A stretch of DNA of 63,981 bases, counting the filler, from Perkinsus olseni (lineage: Eukaryota): assembly GCA_013115125.1 (NCBI GenBank). It is 6 parts of 6 records of this genome, joined end to end, with 100 filler letters (N's around TTAATTAATTAA, not from the genome) between each part and the next. Parts side by side here need not be neighbours in the genome. Positions count along the whole stretch, not along the records: positions 1 to 10,819 come from JABANN010000856.1; positions 10,920 to 21,724 come from JABANN010000857.1; 4 more parts are not named here. One strand, 5' to 3'. Every line of letters begins with the position of its first letter. The first letter of the stretch is position 1. A program made the position numbers and the translations under genes. The notes under the pieces are model-generated. The model did not search any database. It was not told the origin of the DNA and saw nothing but the letters and a program-made list of their open reading frames with translations. Shown here piece by piece: positions 1 to 11,711 of this stretch.

Positions 1-1
1 G

Positions 2-871
2 GGAAAGTACGAGAAGATACACCACTTGGCCTCCCGGAAGCTGAGAGTTCTCTTGAGGGATTGCATGGGTAACATCGTCTCGAAGTCCGATGACGAGATT
101 GACGAGCTGCTCTTGCGCTGTTGCCATCTGCTGAACTCGCGGCCGATAGGTAGTTTCTACTTCAACCGCGATGGTGTCAAGTCTTCCATCTCCCCCAATG
201 TTCTGGCCTTCGGTTACGAACATTACGCGGGAGGACAGTTTGGTATGGACCCAGTGCCCTGCTCCCCAGGAAAAGACCAGCGAGCGGTGAGAGATGCGTT
301 CGAGCACTACCACTGGCGACGGATGAAGGAGAAGTCCATTGAAGCCTGTCGTAGTAAGTGTCCGAAAAACGCGCAATCTCAGCAGTTCGGGGTCGGTGAC
401 ACTGTGTTGGTCTATGTGCCATCGAATAGGAAGCTCGCGTTTCCCTGGAGATTGGCTCATGTGGCCGCCGTTCGCAGCAACCGCAGTGTCGACGTGGTTT
501 ATCCAATGGATCAGAGGCTGAGCACCGAGAACATCTACAACTTGGTTAAGGTCAGCCATGAGGTCTCTGCCGACTGCGTTTCCCCCGAGGAGAGAGACTG
601 CCGTTGGGACTGCGAAAGAGAAGATCTTGCCTTGCCCAGTCGGGCTGGCATGTGTATCGAGGTTCTGCTCAAGGTCCGTGGCAGAAGAGAGAAGGAGTGG
701 TACTCTGCAAAGGTCTCCCGTGTCTGGTCATCCGGTCACGTTACTGTTGAGTGGTTCGATGGTGATCCTCCGGAACGGTTATGGCTGGATGCTGAAGAGT
801 GGAGAGTTATTGATTGCCCATCACCCCCCGAAGTATCCATCGGAGAGGGGCGTGATGCGTCTCTCGGCGCA
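2..871 (+). mobile_element. BEL/Pao LTR-retrotransposon pol C-terminus (integrase end + DUF5641-like + Tudor-like domain), 5' truncated by window
   Basis: Intronless frame reads GKYEKIHHLASRKLR...LLNSRPIG...SISPNVLAFG...HWRRMKEKS...VGDTVLV...FPWRLAHV. This matches BEL/Pao integrase-end motifs (GGxWERLV, LNSRPL, LTPxHFL, VGDxVLV, WPLGRI). The frame runs into a mariner-type end at 872. Confidence 0.75.
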
Positions 872-945
872 TACAGGGTGTTCCAATTCGATATGCAAAT
901 CACAAAAATCAGTCTAATTCAGCACATACTACGTGTTTGAGGCTG
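872..945 (+). mobile_element. Tc1/mariner-type terminal sequence (TA + CAGGGTG...)
   Basis: TACAGGGTGTTCCAATTCGATATGCAAATCAC... is near-identical over ~70 bp to 43441-43513. TA target followed by CAGGGTG is a typical Tc1/mariner end. The partner end was not seen. Confidence 0.7.
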
Positions 946-1349
946 AAACTTGAGTATGATATGCACTAACCTATTTATGATTAAGTCTTTCGATATCAGC
1001 TAATCGATCAACCGTTTCACTTACCTGAGGGCGCGCGAAAAAAATTCTCACCAGGTAGCCGTGCCAATTCGTTATGCAACACAGTTCTTGATCGCGTCTA
1101 ATGGCCCGTGGAACCTTCCTTTCTGACGAAGAACGCTCCACTATCATCAAGGGTCTTGCCGCCGGTGATTCTCCGGTGTTATCTTGGGCGAGCGATACTA
1201 TTGTTCACATTTGATAGTCTTAATTGGTCGTCTTAGTTAAGTAATCATGCCTTAATTAAAGGACTACTATCGCTATTATTGTAGTTGGACTTTTTAACAC
1301 AGTTCACTTCGTTCCAAGTGGCATTGAGTTGTCAGAAGGAACATCACAC

Positions 1350-1956
1350 GTAAGAATTCATCATCTGCAACTCTCTAAAAGATGACACCGCGCTTGACCG
1401 ACTCACTGATCTCCATCAGATTGTTCTGCGAGTCCCTGAGGCTGTTGTCCTCCCAGAGTGCTTTGAAGGCTGACTCGGTGAGCTTCCCTCTGGTCTTCTG
1501 GTCCGGTGCGGCTGCCAGCAATCTGTGAGCTCATCAGTATGACGATAACCCATACAGAAGCCGCTCACCTCTGAACAGTTAAAATCTGCAACGCCACCTG
1601 ACTGAAGAAGTTCCTCGGCGCGCGGAGCATGGGAACATCGAGGATCCGAGCCGCTCTCCTGCCGAGGATACAACTGTCGTTCAACACGTGTCGAGGATAC
1701 CGGAGATCTTCCTGCATGTACTTTCCCTTGTTGGGGACCATCGATGGTGGTCGATTTTCGCTCCCCTTCATAATTCCGCCCAGTAATACCGGACGTAATA
1801 CAACATCAAGATTCCATGCGGTGCCTACGGTCGTCAAATGGGTACTGCATGTGTATCGTCACACCTACGGTATTGCTTTAAGGTCTGCCAAGCGAGGTAA
1901 GTGTAGGGTGATATAACATCATAGAAGAACTCAACCTTCACGTCGCCAGAAGGCAT
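1350..1956 (-). CDS. Glutathione S-transferase kappa / DsbA-like (HCCA isomerase family), multi-exon, 3' end uncertain
   Basis: Spliced reading MPSGDVKVEFFYDVISPYTYLAWQTLKQY..WNLDVVLRPVLLGGIMKGSENRPPSMVPNKGKYMQEDLR..ARILDVP..VQRLLAAAP. The FYDVxSPY and RPxLLGGIM motifs are characteristic of GST kappa. Short GT-AG introns. Confidence 0.88.
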
Positions 1957-2356
1957 TCGAAAAGATAAGCAGAAGAATCGACTGCTAGCACAATTGTGTA
2001 TTGTTATCGACGCAGACACCGAGATGATGCCAAGGCAAGATACTGTCTGGAGCGGACCCCTCTTCACGTTGATTCTACGAGTTCCTCCAGTGTGTTGTGA
2101 GAGTTTGACCGGGCTTCGCCTCATGAACGCGACTCTCAGGAGATGCCAGTAAGTCTCAAGATGAATAACTAACTACTGAGGCATAAACCTGAGTGTGACG
2201 GAGCCTGACACGACTCAGACTTGGGTTGTACGAATGAAAGACTGGCGACTGGCCATTGCTCGGCCCGAGCAAAGCACGCGTGCCCCGACTGCACGCGAGC
2301 GCACTAAGACCTAGGCAGTACGGCACTGCCAGTACCTGCCTGAACAATCTCCTGAC

Positions 2357-3100
2357 GGGCGCTAATTTTCCTCTGCTTGGCGCTATTCCTTCTAATGTTG
2401 GGCAATTCCATTTTTCTGAGGACTTCCGGTATCCTGAGGATGGCTTAGGAGCTCGCCTTACACTACTGACCTCTTACACTGCGCGGCCTTCGGGTTTTAG
2501 GTGAAGGTCGCCCGAAGGGCGACCTGAGTCGGGTTTCGGGTTGACCGGGGTTACGGTCAGTACTCCACTAGGTCTTGGTCTTCTTTTCTAACGCCAACCA
2601 GCCAACCGCCGATGAAAGGAAAATTATCGCCCGTCCGGAGTACCTGCCGTCTGTCTAGAGGCTTGTACTCCGGACGGGCGCTAATTTTTCTCTCATCGGC
2701 GCTGAACTTTCTCTGCTAGGCGCAATTCTTTCTCACATTGGCGCTAATTTCTTCGGCCTCGGATATAAATATAAGGAAGTCTAGTAAGTTAACACGACTG
2801 TAGAGCGAGCGTGTTCGTAGCTCGGATGTAAGGCTGGTTGGCGTTAAAAAAAGAAGACCAAGACCTAGTGGAGTACTGACCGTAACCCCCATGAACCCGA
2901 AACTCGACTCACCGAAAATCCGAGTCCGGCCCCGTGCAAGGGACCAGTAGTGTAAGGCGAGCTCCAAAGCCATCCTCAGGATACCGGAAGTCCTCAGAAA
3001 AATGGAATTGCCCAACATTAGAAAGAAAAGCGCCAATGAGAGAAAAAATAGCGCCAAGCAGAGGAAGTTTAGCGCCGATGAGAGAAAAATCAGCGCCGGT
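2357..3100. repeat. Foldback arrangement of a dispersed repeat (arms ~2357-2600 and ~2833-3075) with 21-bp subrepeats
   Basis: The arms are near reverse complements (e.g. CTAATGTTGGGCAATTCCATTTTTCTGAGGACTTCCGGTATCCTGAGGATGGC and CGGTCAGTACTCCACTAGGTCTT). Internal hairpin at ~2627-2685. Further copies at ~22490-22690 and 43614. Confidence 0.85.
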
Positions 3101-3382
3101 CTGGAGATTGTTCCGATAGACAGAAAGACAGGTGACGCACACAACCTATGCGTGAGACCCACTATCAGCCATCCATCAAACCACATGTGTGACTTGAAAC
3201 TCAAAGCAGACTTGGTGTAACCTCATACCTCAGACGTTCAGCAGCTGTACGTTCGTCATCACGGCCGTTATATCGAATTCATTAGCGATCATCAGCTTCA
3301 TTAACCTCACTTGAAAGATCGCAAAAAAACGAACTAGCAGTCACATCATTGATATCGCTGGGAGGACAGCTCTGGGAAAATC

Positions 3383-4374
3383 TTATTGTACGAACTTGTC
3401 CTCACGCACAAGCAGCTTGCGACCTTGGAACTCGTACTCGTTATACTTCTCTGAGATAGAGATCGATAACTCAGAAAGATGTCCAGTGAGACTATATTAC
3501 CGATAGCCTTGGCGGTGCTCTCCTCGTCTTCGAAGAGGACAGTAGCGAAGCCTTTAGAGCGACCATCCCAACCCTCGGCAATGTCGACACGAATGACTTC
3601 ACCGCATTCACGGAAAAGATCTTTAAGATCTTGCCAAGCTGTCCTCCATGGTAACTAATAAGGAAGGTGGAGTACGATCGCCGATGCGATAATAATCTGT
3701 TTTACATTGCCGACATAGATGAGCCTTCCTTTATCACGAGGGCCAACACGAAGTGGTCTGAGTCCACCTTTACCTTTATAGCCTTTAAAACCCTTACCCT
3801 TGCCAGCTGAAAAGATGACACGCTGATCAATCCAGAAGGATCATCCCTGACTTACGAAATCCCCAATCATATCCCCAATCCCAATAACCCTTCCCTTTAC
3901 CCTTTCCTTTACCTTTACCCTTGCCGCCGCGAGGGGAGCCTGCCACATGCAACACGTTCTCACGATCAGAAGAGAACTACCGGCGAGGACATACCAGTTT
4001 CGGAACTCGGTTTCGCCGGGCCACGATCCTCCCTCACGAAGATCTTCCTCTCGCCCAACTGCGTCTCGTTGAGGGTATCGATAGCCTTGGTGACCGAGCT
4101 CGTCTCCTTGAACTCAACGATCCTGAACCACAAGGAGTGTTGCATCCTAAGTGCCCCCCCTGAGGTCACCTACCCGCAGCCTTTAGATTTCCCGTCATGC
4201 CTGGTGAGTATCTCAACAGACACAACATCACCAACTTCTTTCATGTAATCACCGAGTTGATCCTCGGTAGTCTGAGAAGGATGATGGCGGTAATGATGCC
4301 ATCGGATGCTTCCGATGTCGACTTACCGTCCAGTCCAGATTGCCAACATAAACACACTTTTCCTGCGATGCCAT
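3383..4374 (-). CDS. Gbp2/G-strand-binding-like 2xRRM RNA-binding protein with KG-rich linker, copy 1 (multi-exon)
   Basis: Spliced: MASQEKCVYVGNLDWTTTEDQLGDYMKEVGDVVSVEILTRHDGKSKGCGIVEF...IFVREDR...GKGKGKGYWDWGYDWG...[32 protein letters not shown]...SKGFATVLF...EFQGRKLLVREDKFVQ*. RNP1/RNP2 motifs and the WQDLKD pseudo-RRM motif are present. Confidence 0.92.
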
Positions 4375-4859
4375 ACTGTTCCTTTCGATGCTTCTTCTAT
4401 CAATAACTATTTATCCGCTTCGGAAGTAGCTGACAATTGAACGCCCGCCACGTTAAGCAAATAATACGCCTGATAGTAACACAATACGAACGGTCCTCCG
4501 GCCAATTTCCGCTGCACCGACCACTTCGAGGAACAAGAGCGCCCAGCGACCGTGCGAGATCTGCGTCGAACCATAAAGGAATTGCAAGTCATTGCAAGTG
4601 CGCAAGAATCTTTCCGCGCGCGGATCAAAATTCTCAGACCTGTTACGATGAACTCTCACAGCGGCTCTTCGCAATCTCAGGACCTAACGGAGGAGTAAGT
4701 CGTTGATTTCGCCGAACGTGATGTCTTGCGAAACCCAACTTTGTTGGGGCGAACGAAAACGAACGGGTCAAGGAACTCAGCCCGGCTGAATCAGCCGCCC
4801 GTAGTCACGCTTTCGAAGCATCATACACACAGTCACTCGCGGATTGCATTTGAAAGTGT

Positions 4860-6970
4860 TTCAGTACCGACGAGAGCGATGAGGTAGACCCTCTGGTGGA
4901 GCTCGACCGAGCTCTCACCCGTTACCTTCAACGATACGGCCAGTATAGACTACATCGTCGCGATAGTGAGGCGGATACGTCATACCATAACAATCGCATC
5001 TCTCCGTGACATCAGGCGGGGACGAAAATGAGAAGAACGGCCCTGAGAGGCAACAGTCGGCCATTTCCATGCTCGGGAGTATCAAGTCAGCCGACAACCT
5101 ATCAGTGAGGTCCCTCCTACCCCTGGGGCTCAGCATCCGCGTGACATAGGTCATCAGTCGCTCAGCGCCACCGTCTCGAGGGCTCCAGCAGCGAGGTAAG
5201 ATAATTCATTTTGGCGGCGCTCCGGGTATACTCATTGCATAAATTCGTTACACCATCCTCAACTCAGGGGGGCCGAGTCTGAAAAAAAGAGGCTCGGGAG
5301 AGCTTACAGATGTGAGTCGCACAGTGGAGAATGCGCCATGCTGATACCCACTACCCAGGGGGAATACGGGACGTTCATGTCTGATCTGATAGAGGAAGCT
5401 CACGAGTTAGCCTTGCGTACTCAAGCAGCAATAGCCGATGGAGCACTCACGAGCAATGGTGAGCTATCCCTAGCCAGGCATCGGCCACATACGGTCTTAG
5501 GGACCTCTAAGAGCGAGGAACGAGGGTCGCGGGAAGTGGAAGGAACGACCGGGGAGTGGGTCAATGCTCGCCTCCTTCCCGACACCCATATGTCCTCAGA
5601 TCGCAGTCTTCCGGCTCCTCGTGGTATTGCCCTTCAGCAGGCGATCGCGAGGAAATGGAAGAGATAGATATAACCTTGATGATCTATGACAAGTACGGAG
5701 CGTGTCTTGATGATCACGATTGCGGTATGGAACTCGACTGGAGAGTGGTGAGTTCTCTACGCAGGCAATGGCGCTCTCCTGTTATCTGTACCCGACTTGC
5801 ACATTCCTCGGCCCATTCCTTTCCATTGTGTCGCAGTGTTGACTCGCGCCTCAGGATCCTCTGAGGGTGAATGCAGTGATCGAAGGTGGAATCGCTGAGA
5901 AATGTGGCATTCAAAGCAAGGATGAAATCATACGTATAAACGCGTTCAGCATTAGAGAAGTTGGCGAGGAACGCTTCTGCGAGATGCTGAAGTAAATTCC
6001 TACAGTCTGCCAGCGCTGCATCGTCCTCCGATTCGACTGTTAGATGGCTTCCCGTCACACTAACAATACAGAGGCTCAAACCTCCTGACTCCACGGCAGG
6101 AGCTGATAGACCGGACGATTCTATCGATTTCCATCGAAGCGAGGTTGCTGAGGTTGAAGGCACACCAAGTGCGTGGTCGAACCTAGGATGAGTCAGGAAT
6201 CATCACGCACTTACTAGCCGCACGCCAGACGTGTTTGCTCACGCATGGCCCATACATCAGCAGGGCATCTGTTGCAACGCGTGTTTTCTCGGCGAACCCG
6301 GTTATTTCTTTGTCATGTTCATTTCTCATCACATATGTTTTTCGAAGATACCCAATCGCTGAAATTCCCCGGCTTTGACGAGCTACTTGAGGAGCTACGC
6401 GCCTTCTTGCCAGCCCGAAGCGTAGCCATGCTCGAGAACAGGCTCGCGATGGTTTATGACCATCTCTATTCTCTGCAAGAACAGGTATGCTGCAAACAGC
6501 GTAAAGGATGCTACGACTCATCGATCTCGGCTGCAGTTGGCTGAAGCATCGGAGTCCATCCACGGCTTGCATCAGCAATTTGAAGAGGAAATTCTGACAC
6601 AAGTTCAGCGACTGAAAGTTGAGCCAAAGAACACAGCGGAAGTCGAGTTTCATACTGTCGAAAGGCGAAGTGAGCTACTGTCTGGTGCCTTGCTAACCAT
6701 CACCATAACTGTCAGGGGAGAGGAAGCCTTCTTCGGATGAAGACGTGCAGCTACCCGGCACTCACACTGCCAGAGTGCGGAAGGGTAAAATTATAGTGAA
6801 CAAGAAGGATCTCGACGAGGTGACGCCGCCTCGCGGCCCTCTGACTCGCTGTGCTGAAGTAACTCTCCTCTCGTAGGCGTTAAGGCCCGAGTTCACCGGG
6901 AGAACTCCGGCTGATGATGATACACACTCTGTAGCATCATGTTCTAATGAACCACCTCTGGTCACTGATG
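4860..6970 (+). CDS. Probable multi-exon hypothetical gene (helical/coiled-coil), boundaries uncertain
   Basis: Series of coding-like blocks flanked by GT..AG (EVDPLVELDRALTRYLQRYG; FPGFDELLEELRAFLP; LHQQFEEEILTQVQRLK). No family recognised. Confidence 0.4.
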
Positions 6971-7549
6971 TTTAATGCATCCTTCATTTGTGTTACGTCG
7001 GCAAATGCGAAATACTCGAACGAAACCATACGACGCACCTTCGGGTGACACGAGTGGCTCATCAACCTCGTGAAGAGACTGGATGATTGAGAACACATCT
7101 TTTGCACTTAGCCGTCTGGAGCCCAATCTTTGACTTATTGTCTTAGCATCGTCAACTATTCAGCTCAGCTCCAGCGTAGCTTCTCATCGGATCAAGATAG
7201 GGTCAGCGACATGAACATTACAATCTCGCATCTCAAAAGGCACCGGCCTGGGTTTCTGAATTTCACTCCCTTGTTCGGCACCTTGCGCAATCCGACTGCA
7301 GGACGTACCAGCAGCGAACCATGATCCGCATCGCGCCTAGGACTGTAGGTCGCGAAGCCATGTCATCTCGTGAATTGCACTGCATGTCCCCGGGGAATGA
7401 CGGCGTCGCCCGCTCTTCTATTCTTGTGACTCCACAAGGGTTGTAGTCACTCAGTCAATACGTTCGGCATGAAGTCGGAACGCTATCGACGTCCTACCCA
7501 AGTTTTGCGTCCGATCGTCGCCTGAGCCTCACCGTCGCCGACTCTACCG

Positions 7550-9088
7550 CGTCGCGGTCAGCACTTTAAAATCGTGGCTATCGGAAGCTGATGATTGAGC
7601 GACCGTACGCAAGATCCTGATAATGCACAGAGGATGGAGAACTCTATTAGCGCTGCAGTACCGAGTCGGCGGAATTCGTAAAAACGACCGGAGTCGAACC
7701 ACCGTGAGCTGACGATGCACATCGTCGATCGGATTCCTTGTTTCCACTATGCTTCTCTCGGCTCATTCGGACACCCAGTGAACTTTGCGTCTACGCGTGA
7801 GTGCAGCACACCGAAAGTATCCCCCTGGCAGTCCCTTGAGCCAGGATACCAGAGGTCACTCATCTTTTAACGCGACACTTGCTTGAGATGTAACAACACT
7901 TCAACATGAAACTCATATTGAGGCATTCGTGCACTTTCCGGGAGGCCGTGTTCAATGTACTAACAAACTGCATCACTTGTGGGTCGCGTTCGACGGCGAG
8001 GAGGATCTGTGAGAAGCATGAGAGCCAGGCCAAGACCATTCACGGACTTATATCCATGAAAGGTCTGACTACGGCCATACCAGGGTGATCGGTGGCCTCG
8101 TACACGCACCTAATTAATGTCTCCTCTCTTCGAAGGAGTGTTCGTCCGAGGAGTGTTGCTGTGACGTCGCCCGAAAATGTGATGAGTTTCACGTCTCTGA
8201 TTCGATGCGATAGACCTTTGACAAAAGTGCAATGGAGATTTACAACAGCGAAATTTTGCAGAAGGGTTTGAGCTCACCTCAGGAAAGAGTCACGCTTCCA
8301 CTCTTCCCTCAGTAGTTGGCCTCGGCTCACTGGGTCGCTTTTCGCAGGCTTCGTTCTATGGAGGTACATCGCAGGCGTGGCAACCCAAAACCACCGACGC
8401 CCCATGAGCACTCGTCGCGAATTCTCACAGAAAAGAGGTGCTCGCTGACCGGAGGAGCCTACTCGCTACTCGGGTACGTTTAGCGGTGTATTTCGAGCCC
8501 ACCCAATCTCACTTGTGTGAAGTCTCACCACTTTGTCGTGACTGGGAGTTGCGGCGTGCGATTGTCACAACAGACCTGTCACCATGATCTCTCGAGCGTA
8601 ACCGTATTCTTCTACCTGCGTGTCGGCGCTGGTGCTTGGTCTATGTCCCTATTCTTGCAACAGATTGTCTCTGTGTCACGTCCCTCCTGCAAAGACTGTT
8701 GATTCTGTGCACTGAGGCTGGATCGTCGACGCTGTCGTTTTTCGGTGGAGGTACGGTGAGCGTAGTCGGGGGCGACACTCGGCTGCTCATCGAGACTGAG
8801 TACGACCGTTGCTGGCTCGTCGAAGATCAGAGTTCTGCGGCGAACCAACATGGTGGTTTACATAATCTCCCGTCTTCTAGAACTATCATCATCAACAACG
8901 AGATACGACTTGGCGGCGTCACGAAGCATGTCGACCGTACCATCCGGGACGATTCGATACGGAGCCAATCGTGACATCGATAAATTACAGGGAACTGTTA
9001 ATACGATATTAATAGGAGCATGCGGACGCGAGCATAGACCTCTACGGTGATCTGTTCCAGCCTGCCACCAGCTATTCTTGTCTGACAT
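7550..9088 (-). CDS. Possible multi-exon hypothetical gene
   Basis: Coding-like blocks starting MSDKNSWWQAG at 9088 and RRRTLIFDEPATVVLSLDEQ, separated by intron-like gaps. No family recognised. Confidence 0.3.
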
Positions 9089-9395
9089 GCGTATACTCGC
9101 CGCTTTACATCTGTGGCGCTGATGATAGGCCTAGGGATGCTGAGAAGAGTGTCCGTCCCCTACCAGCTCAGTCTAAGATTCCGCGGAGTCTGCATCTCTT
9201 GCGCACTTGCATTCTCTCAGCGCGATATGAACGCAGGCACATGAAACCACCACGGCGAACCTGAGGGCTGAGCAGGGCTCGATTCAGCGTCTGAACAGAC
9301 TTAATTATTTGCTTAACGTGGCGGGCGTTCAATTGTCAGCTACTTTCGAAGCGGATAAATAGTTATTGATAGAAGAAGCATCGAAAGGAAGCAGT

Positions 9396-10401
9396 ATGGC
9401 ATCGCAGGAAAAGTGTGTTTATGTTGGCAATCTGGACTGGACGGTAAGTCGACATCGGAAGCATCCGATGGCATCATTACCGCCATCATCCTTCTCAGAC
9501 TACCGAGGATGAACTCGGTGATTACATGGGAAAAGTGGGGGATGTCGTGTCGGTTCAAATTTTAACCAGACACGACGGCAAATCGAAAGGCTGCGGGTAA
9601 GAAGGGTAACTTCTCTCTTTTCGGAAGGGATTGCCCTCGCTATGCTCTCGAATATCAGAATCGTCGAGTTCAAGGCAACTGAATCGGTAGCCAAGGCTAT
9701 TGAGACTCTAAATGATACTCGGTTGGGCGAGAGGCAAATCTTCGTAAGAGAAGATCGTGGCCCAGTAAAACCGAGAGATGTTGACTCTGACACCAGTGAG
9801 AATACAAGTGCCTGCTGAAGGCGTTCAGCAGCTACTTTCAGGCTCATATCGCGGTGGCAAAGGAAAGGGTAAAGGTAAAGGAAAGGGTAAAGGGAAGGGT
9901 TATTGGGATTGGGGATATGATTGGGGATTCCGTAAGTCAGGGATGACCCTTCTGGATTGATCAGCATGTCATCTTATCAGCTGGCAAGGGTAAGGGTTTT
10001 AAAGGCTATAAAGGTAAAGGTGAACTCAGACCACTTCGTGTTGGCCCTCGTGATAAAGGAAGGCTCATCTATGTCGGCAATGTAAAACAGATTATTATCG
10101 CATCGGCGATCGTACTCCACCTTCCTTATTAGTTACCATGGAGGACAGCTTGGCAAGATCTTAAAGATCTCTTCCGTGAATGCGGTGAAGTCATTCGTGT
10201 CGACATTGCCGAGGGTTGGGATGGTCGCTCTAAAGGCTTTGCTACTGTCCTCTTCGAAGAAGCCGAAGGAGCTGCTAAGGCCATCGGTAATAGAGTAGTC
10301 TCCTCAGGCCGCGTCTCACCATGTCTCGACTTTCAGAGCAGTATAACGAGTACGAATTCCAAGGCCGTAAGTTGCTCGTTCGTGAGGATCAGTTCGTATG
10401 A
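9396..10401 (+). CDS. Gbp2-like 2xRRM RNA-binding protein, copy 2 (inverted paralogue of 3383-4374)
   Basis: Same exon structure and near-identical protein. ATG at 9396, ends LLVREDQFV* with TGA at 10399-10401. Confidence 0.92.
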
Positions 10402-10819
10402 AGTCAGTCAGTCTCAGTCTATACCACATGTCCGCCGTAACCTAGTTTTAATAGCTTTGTAATCCCTCATTATAGCATCTTACGGATGCGGTCATGAGAA
10501 GGTGAAAGCAGCAGCAGTAGCCTCGGCTGATGTTGGTCGCTCGAATACGCATACTGGCAGGGTATCCGCCGCAATGTTCACGGGAGTTTATCACAACCTC
10601 CATCGCTACATGTTTGTCAATCAGAGGGGCTTAACTTATACAGGACGATACTAGGTGAAGTACACTTGGGAGCCTTCGTCCTCTTCGCACTCTCTCATCG
10701 CCTGTTCCACAGCCTAAACTGTTCCCCTCAGTACGTCGGTGCTAGTGTGCTGGTCCAGTTATGGAGCGAGTTCAGGGCCGTATAGAGTTAATCAAGAAGC
10801 ATGGGAATAGTGCTCGGAG

Positions 10820-10919
10820 NNNNNNNNNNNNNNNNNNNNNNNNNNNNNNNNNNNNNNNNNNNNTTAATTAATTAANNNNNNNNNNNNNNNNNNNNNNNNN
10901 NNNNNNNNNNNNNNNNNNN
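10820..10919. other. Artificial contig spacer
   Basis: N44-TTAATTAATTAA-N44; the core gives stop codons in all six frames. Confidence 0.98.
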
Positions 10920-11623
10920 ACTTCGTCATGGCGCCGAGATCCCTTGTCCCAGGCTTCCCCGTAGTGTCCCCTTCGCGATCTACGCCTGAATTTAATTCAG
11001 TGAATTATCAGCGTATTTGCACTCTACTATCGATTGGATAGTAGGATGATCCTACTAGGATCCCTCCGCTTGTTTCTCCGCCAGCGGTGCTTATATGGCC
11101 ATGGCCTGCTTATATGGCATGGCATGGCCATGGCCATGGCATCGCGCCAGGCGCGATGTTCTCCGCGAGTCGTATTGAATGTGACGTATTTACGAGCAAG
11201 TTACGAGCGATTCACCTATCGATAATCGACACTTCAAAACTTTGATCTACCCGGGGTAGACTACCCCTAATGAAGGAGAACGCGATTGTATCGGTCACAC
11301 GATGAGTCGCTGATACTATTCTGATTCCGCGCACGGCGGTATGGGCACCCTGGGTGTGGCATCAACGGTGTCGTTTCCGGGATCTGTATACAGACCGTGT
11401 ATTTTCGATAAGCGAAATAGAAAATCTATCAGTTCTTCGCTATTAATCTGCGTATGAATTGAAAATTTCAATTCATACGTCATATTTCAATTTGAAATAC
11501 ACAGTCTGCAGTAGTCTGGTGAAGGTCGCCCTGTTCACTCGGTCACAGCAGCGCGTCGGCTCGACAAGAAACAATGACAACTCGGGGGTGTCAACTCCCG
11601 GTGCCGCTCAGCGACCTTGTAAA

Positions 11624-11711
11624 TTCAATGAGACTCTCATAATGAGAGTCTCATTGAAACACAAGGGCAGTCGATTCGATTGTATTTGAATGAGAGCCGC
11701 ATTCAAATACA
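11624..11711. repeat. Pair of palindromes/hairpins
   Basis: TTCAATGAGACTCTCAT-A-ATGAGAGTCTCATTGAA (17-bp arms) and TGTATTTGAATG-N7-CATTCAAATACA (12-bp arms). Confidence 0.85.

Noticed and set aside
2716-3220. Hydrophobic 162-aa and heptad-like ORFs
   Set aside because: They are translations of the 21-bp minisatellite in the foldback repeat.
10864-10875. TTAATTAATTAA recurring every ~10.9 kb as a periodic biological motif
   Set aside because: Always centred in N44..N44; it is an assembly linker with six-frame stops.
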